This document shows positions 10,808 to 20,322 of a stretch of DNA of 64,000 nt, in pieces. The notes below the pieces were generated by a model, which saw nothing but the letters and a program-made list of their open reading frames with translations, was not told the DNA's origin and ran no database searches. The stretch is taken from IMG/VR virus record IMGVR_UViG_3300025120_010481, positions 1-64,000 of that record; one strand, written 5' to 3'. A program made the position numbers and the translations under genes. The DNA comes from a virus. How positions within the stretch are numbered: position 1 is the first letter of the stretch; every line of letters starts with the position of its first letter.

Positions 10808-11577
10808 TTACCATAGTTTGCTTAGTTTACAAATCAATAGAGTATGCAGACTTTACGATAGAAAATATATACAAGTACACTCCGATGCTTAAAACAGGTG
10901 AGGCAGAATTTATTTTCATTGCCAACAATGCAACAGACGAAGTTAAAAAACACTTAAAAGAAAAAAATTATAATCACATAGTTAGAGATTACGAATGTCC
11001 TTCGGATCAAACTTTAAACCACTGGGGATTTGCCAAGCCCGCATATATACATGAGGTCTATTCTGCTTACAATTTAGGTATAGAAATCTCTAAGGATATT
11101 GTTTGCCTAGTTGCCACAGACATGGCATATAGCCCAGACTGGTTAGAAAATCTTTTGAAAAGACTCAAATATAATACTGTTGTTACTTCTAAACTGGTAG
11201 AAACTACAGAGAATAATCCCTATGGAGTGTTTCGTAATCCTCGAACTGGAAGCGGTGCTCATTTTGGGTTATTTGGCGGTCGTATTTCTGATTTTAGAGA
11301 AGAGGAATTTTTAAAATTTGTTGAAGAAAAAAAGATCGACGACACCGAGATTGGTGGCGGTCATCAACCGCTACTGATGTATAAGTGGCAGGCCGAGCTT
11401 GTGGGAATGTACCCAGAGGGAAATTTAGCAGGTTATAAAAGAAACTGGAATCGCGTTGAACAATATGGCGATGACAACTTAATGACAAAGCTGCTTAGTA
11501 ACGGTATAAATTTTATAACCTCTCTTGATTCTATTGTGTATCATCTCAAAGAGGGTGAACAGAGGGAGGCGATATGA
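10804..11577 (+). CDS. GT2-like (GT-A) glycosyltransferase
   Basis: ITIVCLVY, IANNATD, AYNLG, TDM..SPDWLENL, VYH; start at the ATGA overlap. Confidence 0.75.
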   Translation: MITIVCLVYKSIEYADFTIENIYKYTPMLKTGEAEFIFIANNATDEVKKHLKEKNYNHIVRDYECPSDQTLNHWGFAKPAYIHEVYSAYNLGIEISKDIVCLVATDMAYSPDWLENLLKRLKYNTVVTSKLVETTENNPYGVFRNPRTGSGAHFGLFGGRISDFREEEFLKFVEEKKIDDTEIGGGHQPLLMYKWQAELVGMYPEGNLAGYKRNWNRVEQYGDDNLMTKLLSNGINFITSLDSIVYHLKEGEQREAI

Positions 11578-11713
11578 AAACAATAGTATAAAAGAACATG
11601 AATAAACAAACAAATTTAATCAACTTCTCACGGAAGAAAATTTCAGAGATCACAAAAATACTATTTGTAAATACGCGGAGATTACTTATAATGGAAGTTT
11701 TTTTAGCGAATAA
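11574..11713 (+). pseudogene. Possible deletion scar (gene start MKTIV* plus an orphan 3' end)
   Basis: An RBS-backed, ATGA-coupled start stops after 5 codons; a start-less 35-codon frame (11606-11713) overlaps the next gene start. Confidence 0.3.
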
Positions 11714-12482
11714 TTCAGGCTTGGGTGATTACATCCTAATGAATGGGGCGACTAGATATGTTGCGGCCCAGCCAGAAGTTAATCGGGTTCATTTACTTTG
11801 TGTTGGTACGCACAATAAATTTACTCAGGTTGAGTGGATGTATCGAGACAATCCCAATATAATCGTTTACGGAGAGCCTGCGGCTAATTCTTTTCATCAG
11901 GGAAGAAAAAAGATGAGAACGCGTTATAAACGTATGAAAAAAGAATTTTCTGATTTACATAAAAGAGCTTTCTTTTGGGGGTATAAAACTTGGCAAGAAA
12001 TGATGTCACGTTATCAATTAGACTGTGAAAAAAATTGCTGGCCTGAATTGTTTTACGCTGCTCATGGAGCACCTTATTCTGCGAGACATGAGAATTTTTA
12101 CTTAGAAAGAGACCTAGATAGAGAAGATAAACTTTTGAATAGCTTAAATCTTCCTTCTGAATACGCTTTTTGTTCTAACACTTCGTCGAAGGGTAGTCAT
12201 GCCATAAAACCAAACACTAAACTTCCTGTTGTGAGTCCTCGTGACGTGCCTGATGATTTGATATTTGACTGGATGGGCGTAATAGAAAATGCAGTGGAAT
12301 TGCATACTGTAGACACTTCATGGCTCCATCTAATTAAGCAAATGAGACTAGACAAGCCAAAATATTTTTATCACGTTAGAAACTATTCTGCTTTGCAAAA
12401 TCTTTCTACTAGCTGTTACATAAACGATGAGCACGATAATGGTTGGGAGATTTTAGACGGAAACGGAAAGGTCTTTAAGTAA
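11691..12482 (+). CDS. GT9-like/GT-B glycosyltransferase (GLGD motif)
   Basis: N-terminal SGLGDYILMNG, C-terminal ELHTVDTSWLHL; GGAG RBS before ATG 11691; paralogue of 12475-13308. Confidence 0.65.
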   Translation: MEVFLANNSGLGDYILMNGATRYVAAQPEVNRVHLLCVGTHNKFTQVEWMYRDNPNIIVYGEPAANSFHQGRKKMRTRYKRMKKEFSDLHKRAFFWGYKTWQEMMSRYQLDCEKNCWPELFYAAHGAPYSARHENFYLERDLDREDKLLNSLNLPSEYAFCSNTSSKGSHAIKPNTKLPVVSPRDVPDDLIFDWMGVIENAVELHTVDTSWLHLIKQMRLDKPKYFYHVRNYSALQNLSTSCYINDEHDNGWEILDGNGKVFK

Positions 12483-13308
12483 GCCACCAGTTTGGTTTGC
12501 CTTTCTTGCTCCAACTTCCAGAGACCAACTCCCACCCGTCATCATACCCATCATTTAAAAACTCTATGTTTTGCTCACAGAACTTAACAGTTCTAGCCGG
12601 ATAGTAAAATTTTGGAGTCTGCAACTGCATAGTTCTAGCTAGGTGGAACCAGCTTGTGTTTAACGTATGAATCTCGTCTGCAAGTTGCATAACGGTCTGC
12701 CAGTCGTAGATAAGAGTGTCTTTCCACCAAGGGTAATCCAAGGGGTTGACTATGACTTTATCCGTCTTTATTTTTAGGTTATATTTAGATGATCTAGAGT
12801 CGTCAACAACAAAAACAAAGGGTTCGGCTGGTAACTGTAATTTATTATAAACGCGTGACTCCCTTTCAAGGTTTCTTGGGATTTTTTGAAAGTTGTACCT
12901 TTTGTTGTAATCAACGCCCATGATCGAATAGAATACGCGTGGAAAAATAACATCGTTAGGCATGTTAAATTTATTCGCGTATCTCGCCCAATCTTTTGGG
13001 TCGCAATAATAATATCTTTTGTAAGGTTGTATTTCATACTCTGGGTTTGACTCTACGATCTCTCCATGAGCAGCCAGCATCCTCAACATGCCCTGTTTAG
13101 TGCTCTTGATATTCGGCTTTGTGTAAATCTCAATATTTGGGCAGTCTTTGTAAAGATATTCAGCGTGCCTTGCTCTGTTTTCCCAAGTGACAAACCAAAC
13201 CTTATCATAGCACTCAGCTAAGTACCTAACCGCACCATTCATTACAATCTGGTCGCCAAGTCCTGTGTTGTGACCTATTACTATTCCCCTTGCTTTTGTG
13301 GACTCCAT
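12475..13308 (-). CDS. GT9-like/GT-B glycosyltransferase (GLGD motif), paralogue of 11691-12482
   Basis: TGLGDQIVMNG, EIHTLNTSWFHL, DDGWE shared with the convergent neighbour. Confidence 0.65.
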   Translation of the reverse strand: MESTKARGIVIGHNTGLGDQIVMNGAVRYLAECYDKVWFVTWENRARHAEYLYKDCPNIEIYTKPNIKSTKQGMLRMLAAHGEIVESNPEYEIQPYKRYYYCDPKDWARYANKFNMPNDVIFPRVFYSIMGVDYNKRYNFQKIPRNLERESRVYNKLQLPAEPFVFVVDDSRSSKYNLKIKTDKVIVNPLDYPWWKDTLIYDWQTVMQLADEIHTLNTSWFHLARTMQLQTPKFYYPARTVKFCEQNIEFLNDGYDDGWELVSGSWSKKGKPNWWLT

Positions 13309-13311
13309 AAA

Positions 13312-13710
13312 TCACTTATATCCCTTTTCTTCTCCTATGGATGACTTTAGGTGTGAATCTATCTTAGACTTTATTCTGTGTCTAGCGTCGTTTAGCGAGG
13401 TTAGCTTTTGGTACGTTTTCAAGTTAGCTTTCTCATCTGCTGTATCTTCACTAGGCTCTTGTTTTCTTACTTCCTCTTCCAGAACCCATATATCTTTGTT
13501 TACTTCCTGCAATGCAAGATACATCTTCCTAATGTATGTGTCACCATTCATAATGTTGAACTGCCCTAAGTTGCCCACAAACAAACAAACCTTGGCCTGT
13601 CTAACTGCATTTTTCTTTTTTTCATCACTAAAGTTTTCAAGTTTGATGTTCAGTATAGAAAGTCTATCCAAAAAGTCTGCTGGAGAAATTTCAACCTTTA
13701 TCTTTTTCAT
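13312..13710 (-). CDS. DUF6165-like protein
   Basis: IKVEISPADFLDRLSILNIK, VNKDIWVLEE, LNDARHRIK..I, EEKGY pattern. Confidence 0.7.
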   Translation of the reverse strand: MKKIKVEISPADFLDRLSILNIKLENFSDEKKKNAVRQAKVCLFVGNLGQFNIMNGDTYIRKMYLALQEVNKDIWVLEEEVRKQEPSEDTADEKANLKTYQKLTSLNDARHRIKSKIDSHLKSSIGEEKGYK

Positions 13711-13882
13711 TGCCGCCCCTTTCTGCGTTTCTTAGATTTTTAAGTATTTCTCTAACAACGGTGTTGTCGTCTGAGTCGGGAAACTTATTTCTAACAACTT
13801 CAGTATGAAGTATTCCTTTTTTAATCACACTTTTAACAAGTATGTATTGCTCTGTTGACTTTGGTAGCCACTTTTTATCCAT
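13691..13882 (-). CDS. Hypothetical small protein
   Basis: AAAGG RBS before ATG 13882; overlaps the next gene. Confidence 0.5.
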   Translation of the reverse strand: MDKKWLPKSTEQYILVKSVIKKGILHTEVVRNKFPDSDDNTVVREILKNLRNAERGGNEKDKG

Positions 13883-13894
13883 CGTAAACCTTTC

Positions 13895-13922
13895 AAAAAA
13901 AAGAAGGGGGTTTCCCCCCTCC
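13895..13922 (-). terminator. Rho-independent terminator
   Basis: GGAGGGGG-GAAA-CCCCCTTC followed by T8 on the - strand. Confidence 0.9.
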
Positions 13923-13940
13923 ATGATTACCGCTAAAGTA

Positions 13941-14282
13941 TTACTCTAGGCATCCCTTTTCTTTGTTCCATCTCATCCAGCCTTGGTCTGGTAGCCATTT
14001 TCTATCGCTACCTTTTCCTTCAGACCTTTTAGGGAACATCGCTCCACCTTTTTTCATGAGTCCGAAAGCCAATTTAGCTCCACAGTCCTCACACCTAATC
14101 TCGTAAAACGCATCATCGTCTTTATTCGTTCGAACTATGTAACGAAGATTTTCGCTGCCACACTTGCCGCAATTAGTCTCTCCGAAAACCTCTTGAAACG
14201 AAGCTAGTTGAGAAAACAAATCTACGTGCGTTTCTGCCTCTAGCTCGACTGTCATTTTACCTACTTGATGTTTTACTTTCAT
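13941..14282 (-). CDS. Zinc-ribbon hypothetical protein
   Basis: CGKC...CEDC; GGAGG RBS. Confidence 0.7.
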   Translation of the reverse strand: MKVKHQVGKMTVELEAETHVDLFSQLASFQEVFGETNCGKCGSENLRYIVRTNKDDDAFYEIRCEDCGAKLAFGLMKKGGAMFPKRSEGKGSDRKWLPDQGWMRWNKEKGCLE

Positions 14283-14284
14283 CT

Positions 14285-15094
14285 CTACCTCCAATTTGGA
14301 TTATATTTGCCTAAATCTGTTTTATCACCTTTTCCGCTTTGAATCTTGTTAAGATGTTCGATCATTTTTAAAGCCTTTTGCTTGGATACTTTAGAGATAT
14401 CCTCAATGGGTTCTTTACCCATATTTAAAAACGCTTGAACGTCAATATCTGCTTGTTGACACTTTCTGTCAATAAAATTAATTTGAGCAGAGCTAATAAC
14501 AGATTCACCACTCCAGTCGTCTTCCAATGTCGTTTGAACCTTTTTAGATGTTTCTACTGACATTCTGACAATTGAAGCTACGTCCTTTTTAGCGAGTTCC
14601 TCAGCCGCTAAACACTTAATCCTTAAAGCCTTTCTCAAGGCTCGTCCTTCTGCTCTAGTACTTGCTGTGGCTACTGGATGGGCACAGAATAGATCATCTG
14701 TGTTTCCATGCCACACATCAGCAACGTCAGAGAATGTCCTCATTCTGCCTGAATTAAACCAGTCTATCGTTACTTCAAATACTACAGTTGCTCGTCCGGG
14801 TCCATCTGTGTCCATCGCAGGGAAAACCTGACTTGGGCGACTTACAACGATGTCACCAAGCAGTTCTTCTGCCACTCTCCTAAGTCCAGCACATGAAACG
14901 GTTGGTTTCCCGTTGGGCATAGAAAAAACTTCACCCTTTTTGAACTTAGACATTACAAAGTCATCCCATTCATCACTTCCGTATGCGGGCATGGTATTGC
15001 TTTCTCCAAGCTCTAACGATTCATCACTTTCGATAGATGCTACCATAGAATTACTTGGATCGTCTACAAAAATACTTGTCGTTTCATCACTCAT
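14285..15094 (-). CDS. Rad52/Erf-like single-strand annealing protein
   Basis: ATASTRAEGRALRKAL motif and C-terminal ISSAQINFI helix; GGAG RBS before ATG 15094. Confidence 0.6.
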   Translation of the reverse strand: MSDETTSIFVDDPSNSMVASIESDESLELGESNTMPAYGSDEWDDFVMSKFKKGEVFSMPNGKPTVSCAGLRRVAEELLGDIVVSRPSQVFPAMDTDGPGRATVVFEVTIDWFNSGRMRTFSDVADVWHGNTDDLFCAHPVATASTRAEGRALRKALRIKCLAAEELAKKDVASIVRMSVETSKKVQTTLEDDWSGESVISSAQINFIDRKCQQADIDVQAFLNMGKEPIEDISKVSKQKALKMIEHLNKIQSGKGDKTDLGKYNPNWR

Positions 15095-15866
15095 TGTTAA
15101 TCTCCAATTCAATAAATCTTTTTCCTTTAGATGGGAACTTGTCCTTGATTTTCCCAATTTCTTCCAATACGAGACTCCACAGCTTACGCTCCACACTTTG
15201 AGATAAGTGCTTGCACATATATTTAACTCTGATGACGCAATAGCCAGCAGCAACCAACAGTCCGTTTTTGATAGCGTCCTGTTTGATTGTTTTCTGTAGC
15301 TTTACTTCACCAAATATAGGCTTAAAATGTTGAGGCCCGTCTATCTCTATTATAGTCTTAATCTCAGGTAAAAACAAGTCAATTTCGTATTTTCCTTGAA
15401 TTAAATTCTTCTTGTGTAGCACTACCTCAAAACCTTCAGCTTCTAAGTTTTTCTTCAAAGACTTCTCGGCCTTTGAACCTTCTATTGTAGTCATCCTCAA
15501 GGCTCTACCAGCACTTTCAAGCATCTCGCGTTTTTTCTCAGCGGGTATATTGTCCCATCTTTCTTTTGACGCTTCAGATACGGCCTTCCTGTCTTCTTTT
15601 GACATGCTCTTCCAGTGCTTTGCTTTGCCTTCACTAATCTTACGCTTTTGCTCTTCTGACCTTTCTGTTCCTTCTGTTGGGTGCTTGGCACGTCCAGACT
15701 TAATAGCTAGAGCTTGAGCCTCTGATCTAGACCTTAATTTTACTCCATTCTTTTTTAGAATTCTTTCTATTTTTTTAGGATAGGTGTCTAGTTCTTTTGC
15801 TATAGAGTAGGTGCTAAAATTTTCACCGTACTTTTTAACCACATAGCTTTCGTTAATTTTGCTCAT
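15087..15866 (-). CDS. Free-standing homing-endonuclease-like protein (HTH + NUMOD3-like repeats + DUF559/Vsr-type nuclease)
   Basis: RSEEQKRKISE repeats; EIDLFLPEIKTIIEIDGPQH catalytic motif. Confidence 0.75.
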   Translation of the reverse strand: MSKINESYVVKKYGENFSTYSIAKELDTYPKKIERILKKNGVKLRSRSEAQALAIKSGRAKHPTEGTERSEEQKRKISEGKAKHWKSMSKEDRKAVSEASKERWDNIPAEKKREMLESAGRALRMTTIEGSKAEKSLKKNLEAEGFEVVLHKKNLIQGKYEIDLFLPEIKTIIEIDGPQHFKPIFGEVKLQKTIKQDAIKNGLLVAAGYCVIRVKYMCKHLSQSVERKLWSLVLEEIGKIKDKFPSKGKRFIELEINNE

Positions 15867-16320
15867 TGTTTACTCCTAAAAATTCTTCTAGTTGATTTCT
15901 GTTCCAGTCCTCGACTATTGCATCTACCTTTACGTTGTACTTATTTTCTAGCAACGCTTTTTGGTCAAGGCTTCTGGTGGCTATTTTAAGTCTTTTATCG
16001 TTTAACATCCTGCAAGTCATATCAAAATCAGTGGGAAAGTCAAGCTCCCACAAGTAAAAGTATTTGTCACAAGATGTGTGCGAATCTAATATAAACGCAA
16101 GATCGGAAAAGTTGGTAGCCACTAGCTTACCAGCAAAATTTGAAACAAACGATATATTTTTACATGAAAACATAGGCTTGATTACTGGCGGCGAGGGCTG
16201 AAGCGTAAAGCAAGAAACAGACCTTTTTGGGTTTTTTGCTATTTCGTTAAATTCTTTTATCATGCAAAAGTTATTCTGTGATGCTGTTAAACTTCTGACT
16301 ATTGTAGCTATTTCTTTCAT
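15853..16320 (-). CDS. Hypothetical protein, possibly a degenerate GT-B half-domain
   Basis: LVATN, KYFYLWELD and IATRS resemble GT-B N-domain segments. Confidence 0.4.
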   Translation of the reverse strand: MKEIATIVRSLTASQNNFCMIKEFNEIAKNPKRSVSCFTLQPSPPVIKPMFSCKNISFVSNFAGKLVATNFSDLAFILDSHTSCDKYFYLWELDFPTDFDMTCRMLNDKRLKIATRSLDQKALLENKYNVKVDAIVEDWNRNQLEEFLGVNNEQN

Positions 16321-16331
16321 TTTGTCAACTC

Positions 16332-17114
16332 CTAAAATTTAAAATACTCTGATCTCCACGTTCTTCCACCCGCCCAGTGTCGTAATATGGTGTTTTCTTT
16401 AATTGTTGGGTTTATGTAAAACTTGTCCGACCCGTCTTCTTCTGGTATGTGAGTAACGTTCCATTCTGTTGGGAAAACTTCTACGTTTTCTAGCAATTCA
16501 TCAACAGAGTATATTGTCTCAGACGAGGGATTTGAGTTAAATCCGTAGTTTGGTAGTTTTGCAAATGGCTCCCAGCTATGCAGTGGCAACCCAGTCATTG
16601 TGTACCACGATGCCTGCTCTCTAAAAATCTCCCACATGGGTAGCTTTGATATGGGGTGAAAGTGTTCGGGGGATGAATTATTTTTCATTCTTTCATAGAA
16701 GTCTTCATCTAGCATATTTCTAAGCATTTGTCTTGACCACTCATTAACCCTTATAGTGTAAGCACCCATACAGTGTGTGTTACACGAGTCAATAGCGTAC
16801 CCAAAAGACTTACCTTTACTTGGCTCAAATGACTTTGTAAAATCAGCAATTGCTATGTCAGCATCTATGTGGGACACTATGTCGCCATCTTTTACAAATC
16901 CTTCTTCAATCCAATCATGTACTATCTTATGCTTTAACCATGTAGGGTTTCCCCTCCAAAAACTTCCGTCTTCTTCTCTTGGGAGCTTTAAAAACTCTAT
17001 ATATTCAAACCCGTGAATATCTGAGTATATTTTATTTGCCTTCGACATGTAGTTTACAAAAAATTGTTGCCTTGCATCAGGGTATTCTGCCATGCAAAAG
17101 AATATTTTTTTCAT
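16332..17114 (-). CDS. GT34/MNN10-like (GT-A) glycosyltransferase
   Basis: YSDIHGFEY, WLKHKI, HIDADI DxD motif, EQA, ILRHWAG. Confidence 0.7.
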   Translation of the reverse strand: MKKIFFCMAEYPDARQQFFVNYMSKANKIYSDIHGFEYIEFLKLPREEDGSFWRGNPTWLKHKIVHDWIEEGFVKDGDIVSHIDADIAIADFTKSFEPSKGKSFGYAIDSCNTHCMGAYTIRVNEWSRQMLRNMLDEDFYERMKNNSSPEHFHPISKLPMWEIFREQASWYTMTGLPLHSWEPFAKLPNYGFNSNPSSETIYSVDELLENVEVFPTEWNVTHIPEEDGSDKFYINPTIKENTILRHWAGGRTWRSEYFKF

Positions 17115-17148
17115 AGTTTTTTCCTTATTTATTGATTGCTGTCATAAC

Positions 17149-17934
17149 TCATTGTATTCCCATTTCCTTCTTGATGTATTCTGCTACCTTTTTTCCGCGA
17201 ACACTTTCAGCGTATTCGTAGTATCTATCGTTGGTAATTTCTTCGTTGTTTATTTTGTTAATAATATTTTCTATCGAGGCAAGAGAAAACTCTTCGACTC
17301 TAGCTTCCTCCCATTGCTTTACGGTTCGATAAAACCAAAAGTCTGGCAAGTCGTAATTCATTAACGGTAAGCATCCAAATTCCATAGATTCAAAAAACCT
17401 AAATGTTTCTGGACTTGCAGTCCCGTGAGGGCATATCGCAATTTTGGCATTGCTCATGATCTCGGAGTAGTCAAACTTTGAAAGACCGTTGTTAAATCCT
17501 TGGTAAAACCAGAAGAAGGACTTTAACGAACTGTTATCTAACTCATTCGCTAACTTGGGTATATCTAATCTATTATATGCTATCTGACCTAAAAATACCA
17601 CATCTAATTTTCTATCTTTTAAATTAGTTTTGCTTTGAACCTTTATGTCTTTAGATGGGCCGAGAGGTATAGGTCTCAGTTTTGAATTGTGCTGATAATC
17701 AGGGCAATATTGCTTAAATATCATTTTAACAGAAGGGTCTTTAACTTCTTCTGGTGTCCTATACTGCTCGTCAGCGTTCATCAGTATTATTTTGTCGCCC
17801 TCTATTTCCGGCATCGGGTCTCCAAAGTTTTTTGCGATGACCGTATAAGGAGAGTCAGCTAGATTTTGCGATATTTCAGAAAACAGATATTTTTCAAAAT
17901 TATTTTCTGGGATTAAATCAATGTAATCACCCAT
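17149..17934 (-). CDS. Exostosin (GT47)-like glycosyltransferase
   Basis: MSNAKIAICPHG..PETFRFFESMEFGCLP. Confidence 0.75.
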   Translation of the reverse strand: MGDYIDLIPENNFEKYLFSEISQNLADSPYTVIAKNFGDPMPEIEGDKIILMNADEQYRTPEEVKDPSVKMIFKQYCPDYQHNSKLRPIPLGPSKDIKVQSKTNLKDRKLDVVFLGQIAYNRLDIPKLANELDNSSLKSFFWFYQGFNNGLSKFDYSEIMSNAKIAICPHGTASPETFRFFESMEFGCLPLMNYDLPDFWFYRTVKQWEEARVEEFSLASIENIINKINNEEITNDRYYEYAESVRGKKVAEYIKKEMGIQ

Positions 17935-18934
17935 GATTGACGACCTCCGATTTTAAAACGTTTATGTAGTATTCTACGACTTCTTTAATTATTTCGTCTG
18001 TAGACTTTGTGGGAGTCCAGCCCAACCCATGTTTGATCTTTTCGCTGTTTGGAATTTTTTCAGGTGCTTCAGAAAACATATCGCCATGCAGTACTTTAGG
18101 GTCTACGTGTGTTATGCTAGAGCTAGACTCAGTAAATTCTTTTACTTTTTGTGCCAGATACAAAATAGTTTCTTCGTTTTTCTCGTTGCCTATATTCCAC
18201 TCTTGGTTCCAGTTCGACCCTTCTTCTGCTTGAGAACACAGCCAAATACCGTTTACAATATCTTTAACCCAAGTAAATGCACGTATTTGAAGGCCATTAA
18301 AATAAACTGTTATATCCTTTTGTCTCAATGCTTGGTCTGCAAATCTAGGCAAAACAAACCCACCATCAACTAGCTGTCTTTCTCCGGTGACATTAAACGG
18401 TCTGATTATTTGATATTTAAAATCTTTATCAACTCTACCAGTGTTAAAGACTGCCAGTTCAGCTAATAGCTTTGCGATAGCATATTCGTTTCTAACAGTG
18501 AATTCGCCGTGAAGAACTTTATCTTCATGCTCTTTAAGGTAGGTTTTTTCTTCTCTGTGACCATAAATTTCTGAGGTTGACACAAATATTAATGGACATT
18601 TATTTATTTTAGCCCCTTCAATAACCTTGTATATATCGTCAATTATAATCTGTGCCATCTTACCAGAGTGTTTTAATACTCCAACTGGCCCAACGGGTGA
18701 CGCAAGATGTAGAATCATATCTAATTCTCCAATCGAGTCCCAGTCTATATCCATTAGGTCGATAAGGCTCACCTGACACTTTTGAGCGATTTCACTATCT
18801 TCGCTTATACTGTTGGAAGTTTTATTGTCCACTACAATTAAATCCCAACCTTCTTCAATGCCCCATTTCTCTATGCAGTGACTACCGATAAAACCTAACC
18901 CTCCAGTTATCAAGGCTCTTTTTGGTTTACTCAT
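17927..18934 (-). CDS. NAD-dependent nucleotide-sugar epimerase/dehydratase (UDP-GlcA decarboxylase-like)
   Basis: LITGGLGFIGSH, HLASP, STSEIYG, YAIAK (YxxxK), RPFNV. Confidence 0.9.
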   Translation of the reverse strand: MSKPKRALITGGLGFIGSHCIEKWGIEEGWDLIVVDNKTSNSISEDSEIAQKCQVSLIDLMDIDWDSIGELDMILHLASPVGPVGVLKHSGKMAQIIIDDIYKVIEGAKINKCPLIFVSTSEIYGHREEKTYLKEHEDKVLHGEFTVRNEYAIAKLLAELAVFNTGRVDKDFKYQIIRPFNVTGERQLVDGGFVLPRFADQALRQKDITVYFNGLQIRAFTWVKDIVNGIWLCSQAEEGSNWNQEWNIGNEKNEETILYLAQKVKEFTESSSSITHVDPKVLHGDMFSEAPEKIPNSEKIKHGLGWTPTKSTDEIIKEVVEYYINVLKSEVVNHG

Positions 18935-19694
18935 TAGTTTTATCCCTTACCTCTCTGTATTGAATTGAATTATTTATAAGAAAGTGATGCGTTCTAGACG
19001 GCCCTTGGTTGGGTCTTACTCCAAATTCTAGCCCTATCACTGAGTCATTCCAGCTTTTCCAGCTATCGACGATATCAGGTCTACTGTCGCCCAAGTCGAG
19101 AACCCTATTTTCTTCTGCTATAACTTTTGTAATCGAACCCAGCCCGTTTACTTTGTTGTGATCGTCAATTACCCATTTTTTCCTGAAGAACGCTCCAGAT
19201 TTTTCACCCTTTAAACCGTCTCTTGGCTGTAAAGGTGTTTTCCAGTGATAATCATACTCTGCCTCGCATGATTCATAGTAAGCTAAATTTGCTAGCTTTA
19301 ATCTTAAAACAAAGTCGTCGTCTTCCCAGCCACCACCATAAAATCTTTGATCCCAACAGCCAATGGTTCTAAGTAGTTGTTTGGAAAAGCCCATAAATCC
19401 AACACTGTACTGGGTCGCAGCAGCAAATCCATTATCTAGGTATTGTATTATTTTTTCTACTTCGTGCGGCTTTGGGTGCGTTCTATCATTGATTAATATT
19501 ACGTGCTCGGTTTCTGATGTTACCATAGAGTCATTTATTAGTTCAGAATACGTATCGTACCACTCGCGTCTATCAATTCTATTATTCCATTTTACGCTAA
19601 ACTTTTCTTCAAGTGGCTTTAAAGCCTCCATTTGATTTTCGACAATAGTTTTATCGCACCCACAATGCAAGCATATTGTAAATTCGTTAATCAT
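18927..19694 (-). CDS. GT2/GT7C-like glycosyltransferase
   Basis: IGCWDQRFYGGGWEDDDFVLRL; GAGG RBS before ATG 19694. Confidence 0.75.
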   Translation of the reverse strand: MINEFTICLHCGCDKTIVENQMEALKPLEEKFSVKWNNRIDRREWYDTYSELINDSMVTSETEHVILINDRTHPKPHEVEKIIQYLDNGFAAATQYSVGFMGFSKQLLRTIGCWDQRFYGGGWEDDDFVLRLKLANLAYYESCEAEYDYHWKTPLQPRDGLKGEKSGAFFRKKWVIDDHNKVNGLGSITKVIAEENRVLDLGDSRPDIVDSWKSWNDSVIGLEFGVRPNQGPSRTHHFLINNSIQYREVRDKTNE

Positions 19695-19728
19695 TTTATT
19701 TCCTCGTTGATAGAGTTTATTTCTGTTT
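19691..19728. repeat. Direct repeat copy B (gene end + RBS + ATG) flanking the methyltransferase gene
   Basis: tcattttatttcctcgttgatagagttt matches 20319-20346 at 25/28 nt, with further similarity beyond. Confidence 0.8.
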
Positions 19729-19738
19729 TTACTCTCAT
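19691..19738 (-). CDS. 15-aa mini-ORF MRVKTEINSINEEIK, ATGA-coupled at both ends
   Basis: Its ATG overlaps the TGA of the methyltransferase; its TGA overlaps the ATG of the next GT. Confidence 0.35.
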   Translation of the reverse strand: MRVKTEINSINEEIK

Positions 19739-20322
19739 TTAATCCAAGCTCCCCAAAATACATGCTTTAACTCTGTGTGGTATTCGTATTTTTTTAGCTC
19801 TTGCTCTTTTATCAAATCTTCAATATGATCTATCGCTATCTCGTAATCGAACTTCCAGCCTAAGCGACTTGCGTGTTGGTCAAATTCTACACCCGTTTCC
19901 GCGTAATCGTGAGCCATAATTACATCACTGGGCTTTAAATGCTTGCTGAATGTTTGAAACTCTTTTATTTTATCTCCACCGTCACACAGTAATAGGCATC
20001 GTTTTCCTTTTTTTATTTGGTCTGCGATCTTTGCCTCCATGTCAAAGCAAGAACCTAAAAAGAAATCTATATTATTTGATTTAAACACATTGTTCACGTC
20101 TGGAATTACATCGGTGTCAGTTCTTTGGCTTGGGTTTATTAAGTCGTATGTTAATATTTTTGCGTTCGTTTTGTCTCTCATCCATATTGTTAAGCCCCCT
20201 ACGTAAGTGCCGATCTCTATGATTGTATCAAAATCTTTTAGAAATTTTTCAAATACTGGCCCAATTTCTTTTGGGTGACTTATGTGTACGCCCTTATACC
20301 AATTATGGTATTTTTTCGTCAT
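19735..20322 (-). CDS. Class I SAM-dependent methyltransferase (CmcI/Methyltransf_24-like)
   Basis: IIEIGTYVGG, LLCDGG, LKPSDVIMAHD. Confidence 0.8.
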   Translation of the reverse strand: MTKKYHNWYKGVHISHPKEIGPVFEKFLKDFDTIIEIGTYVGGLTIWMRDKTNAKILTYDLINPSQRTDTDVIPDVNNVFKSNNIDFFLGSCFDMEAKIADQIKKGKRCLLLCDGGDKIKEFQTFSKHLKPSDVIMAHDYAETGVEFDQHASRLGWKFDYEIAIDHIEDLIKEQELKKYEYHTELKHVFWGAWIK

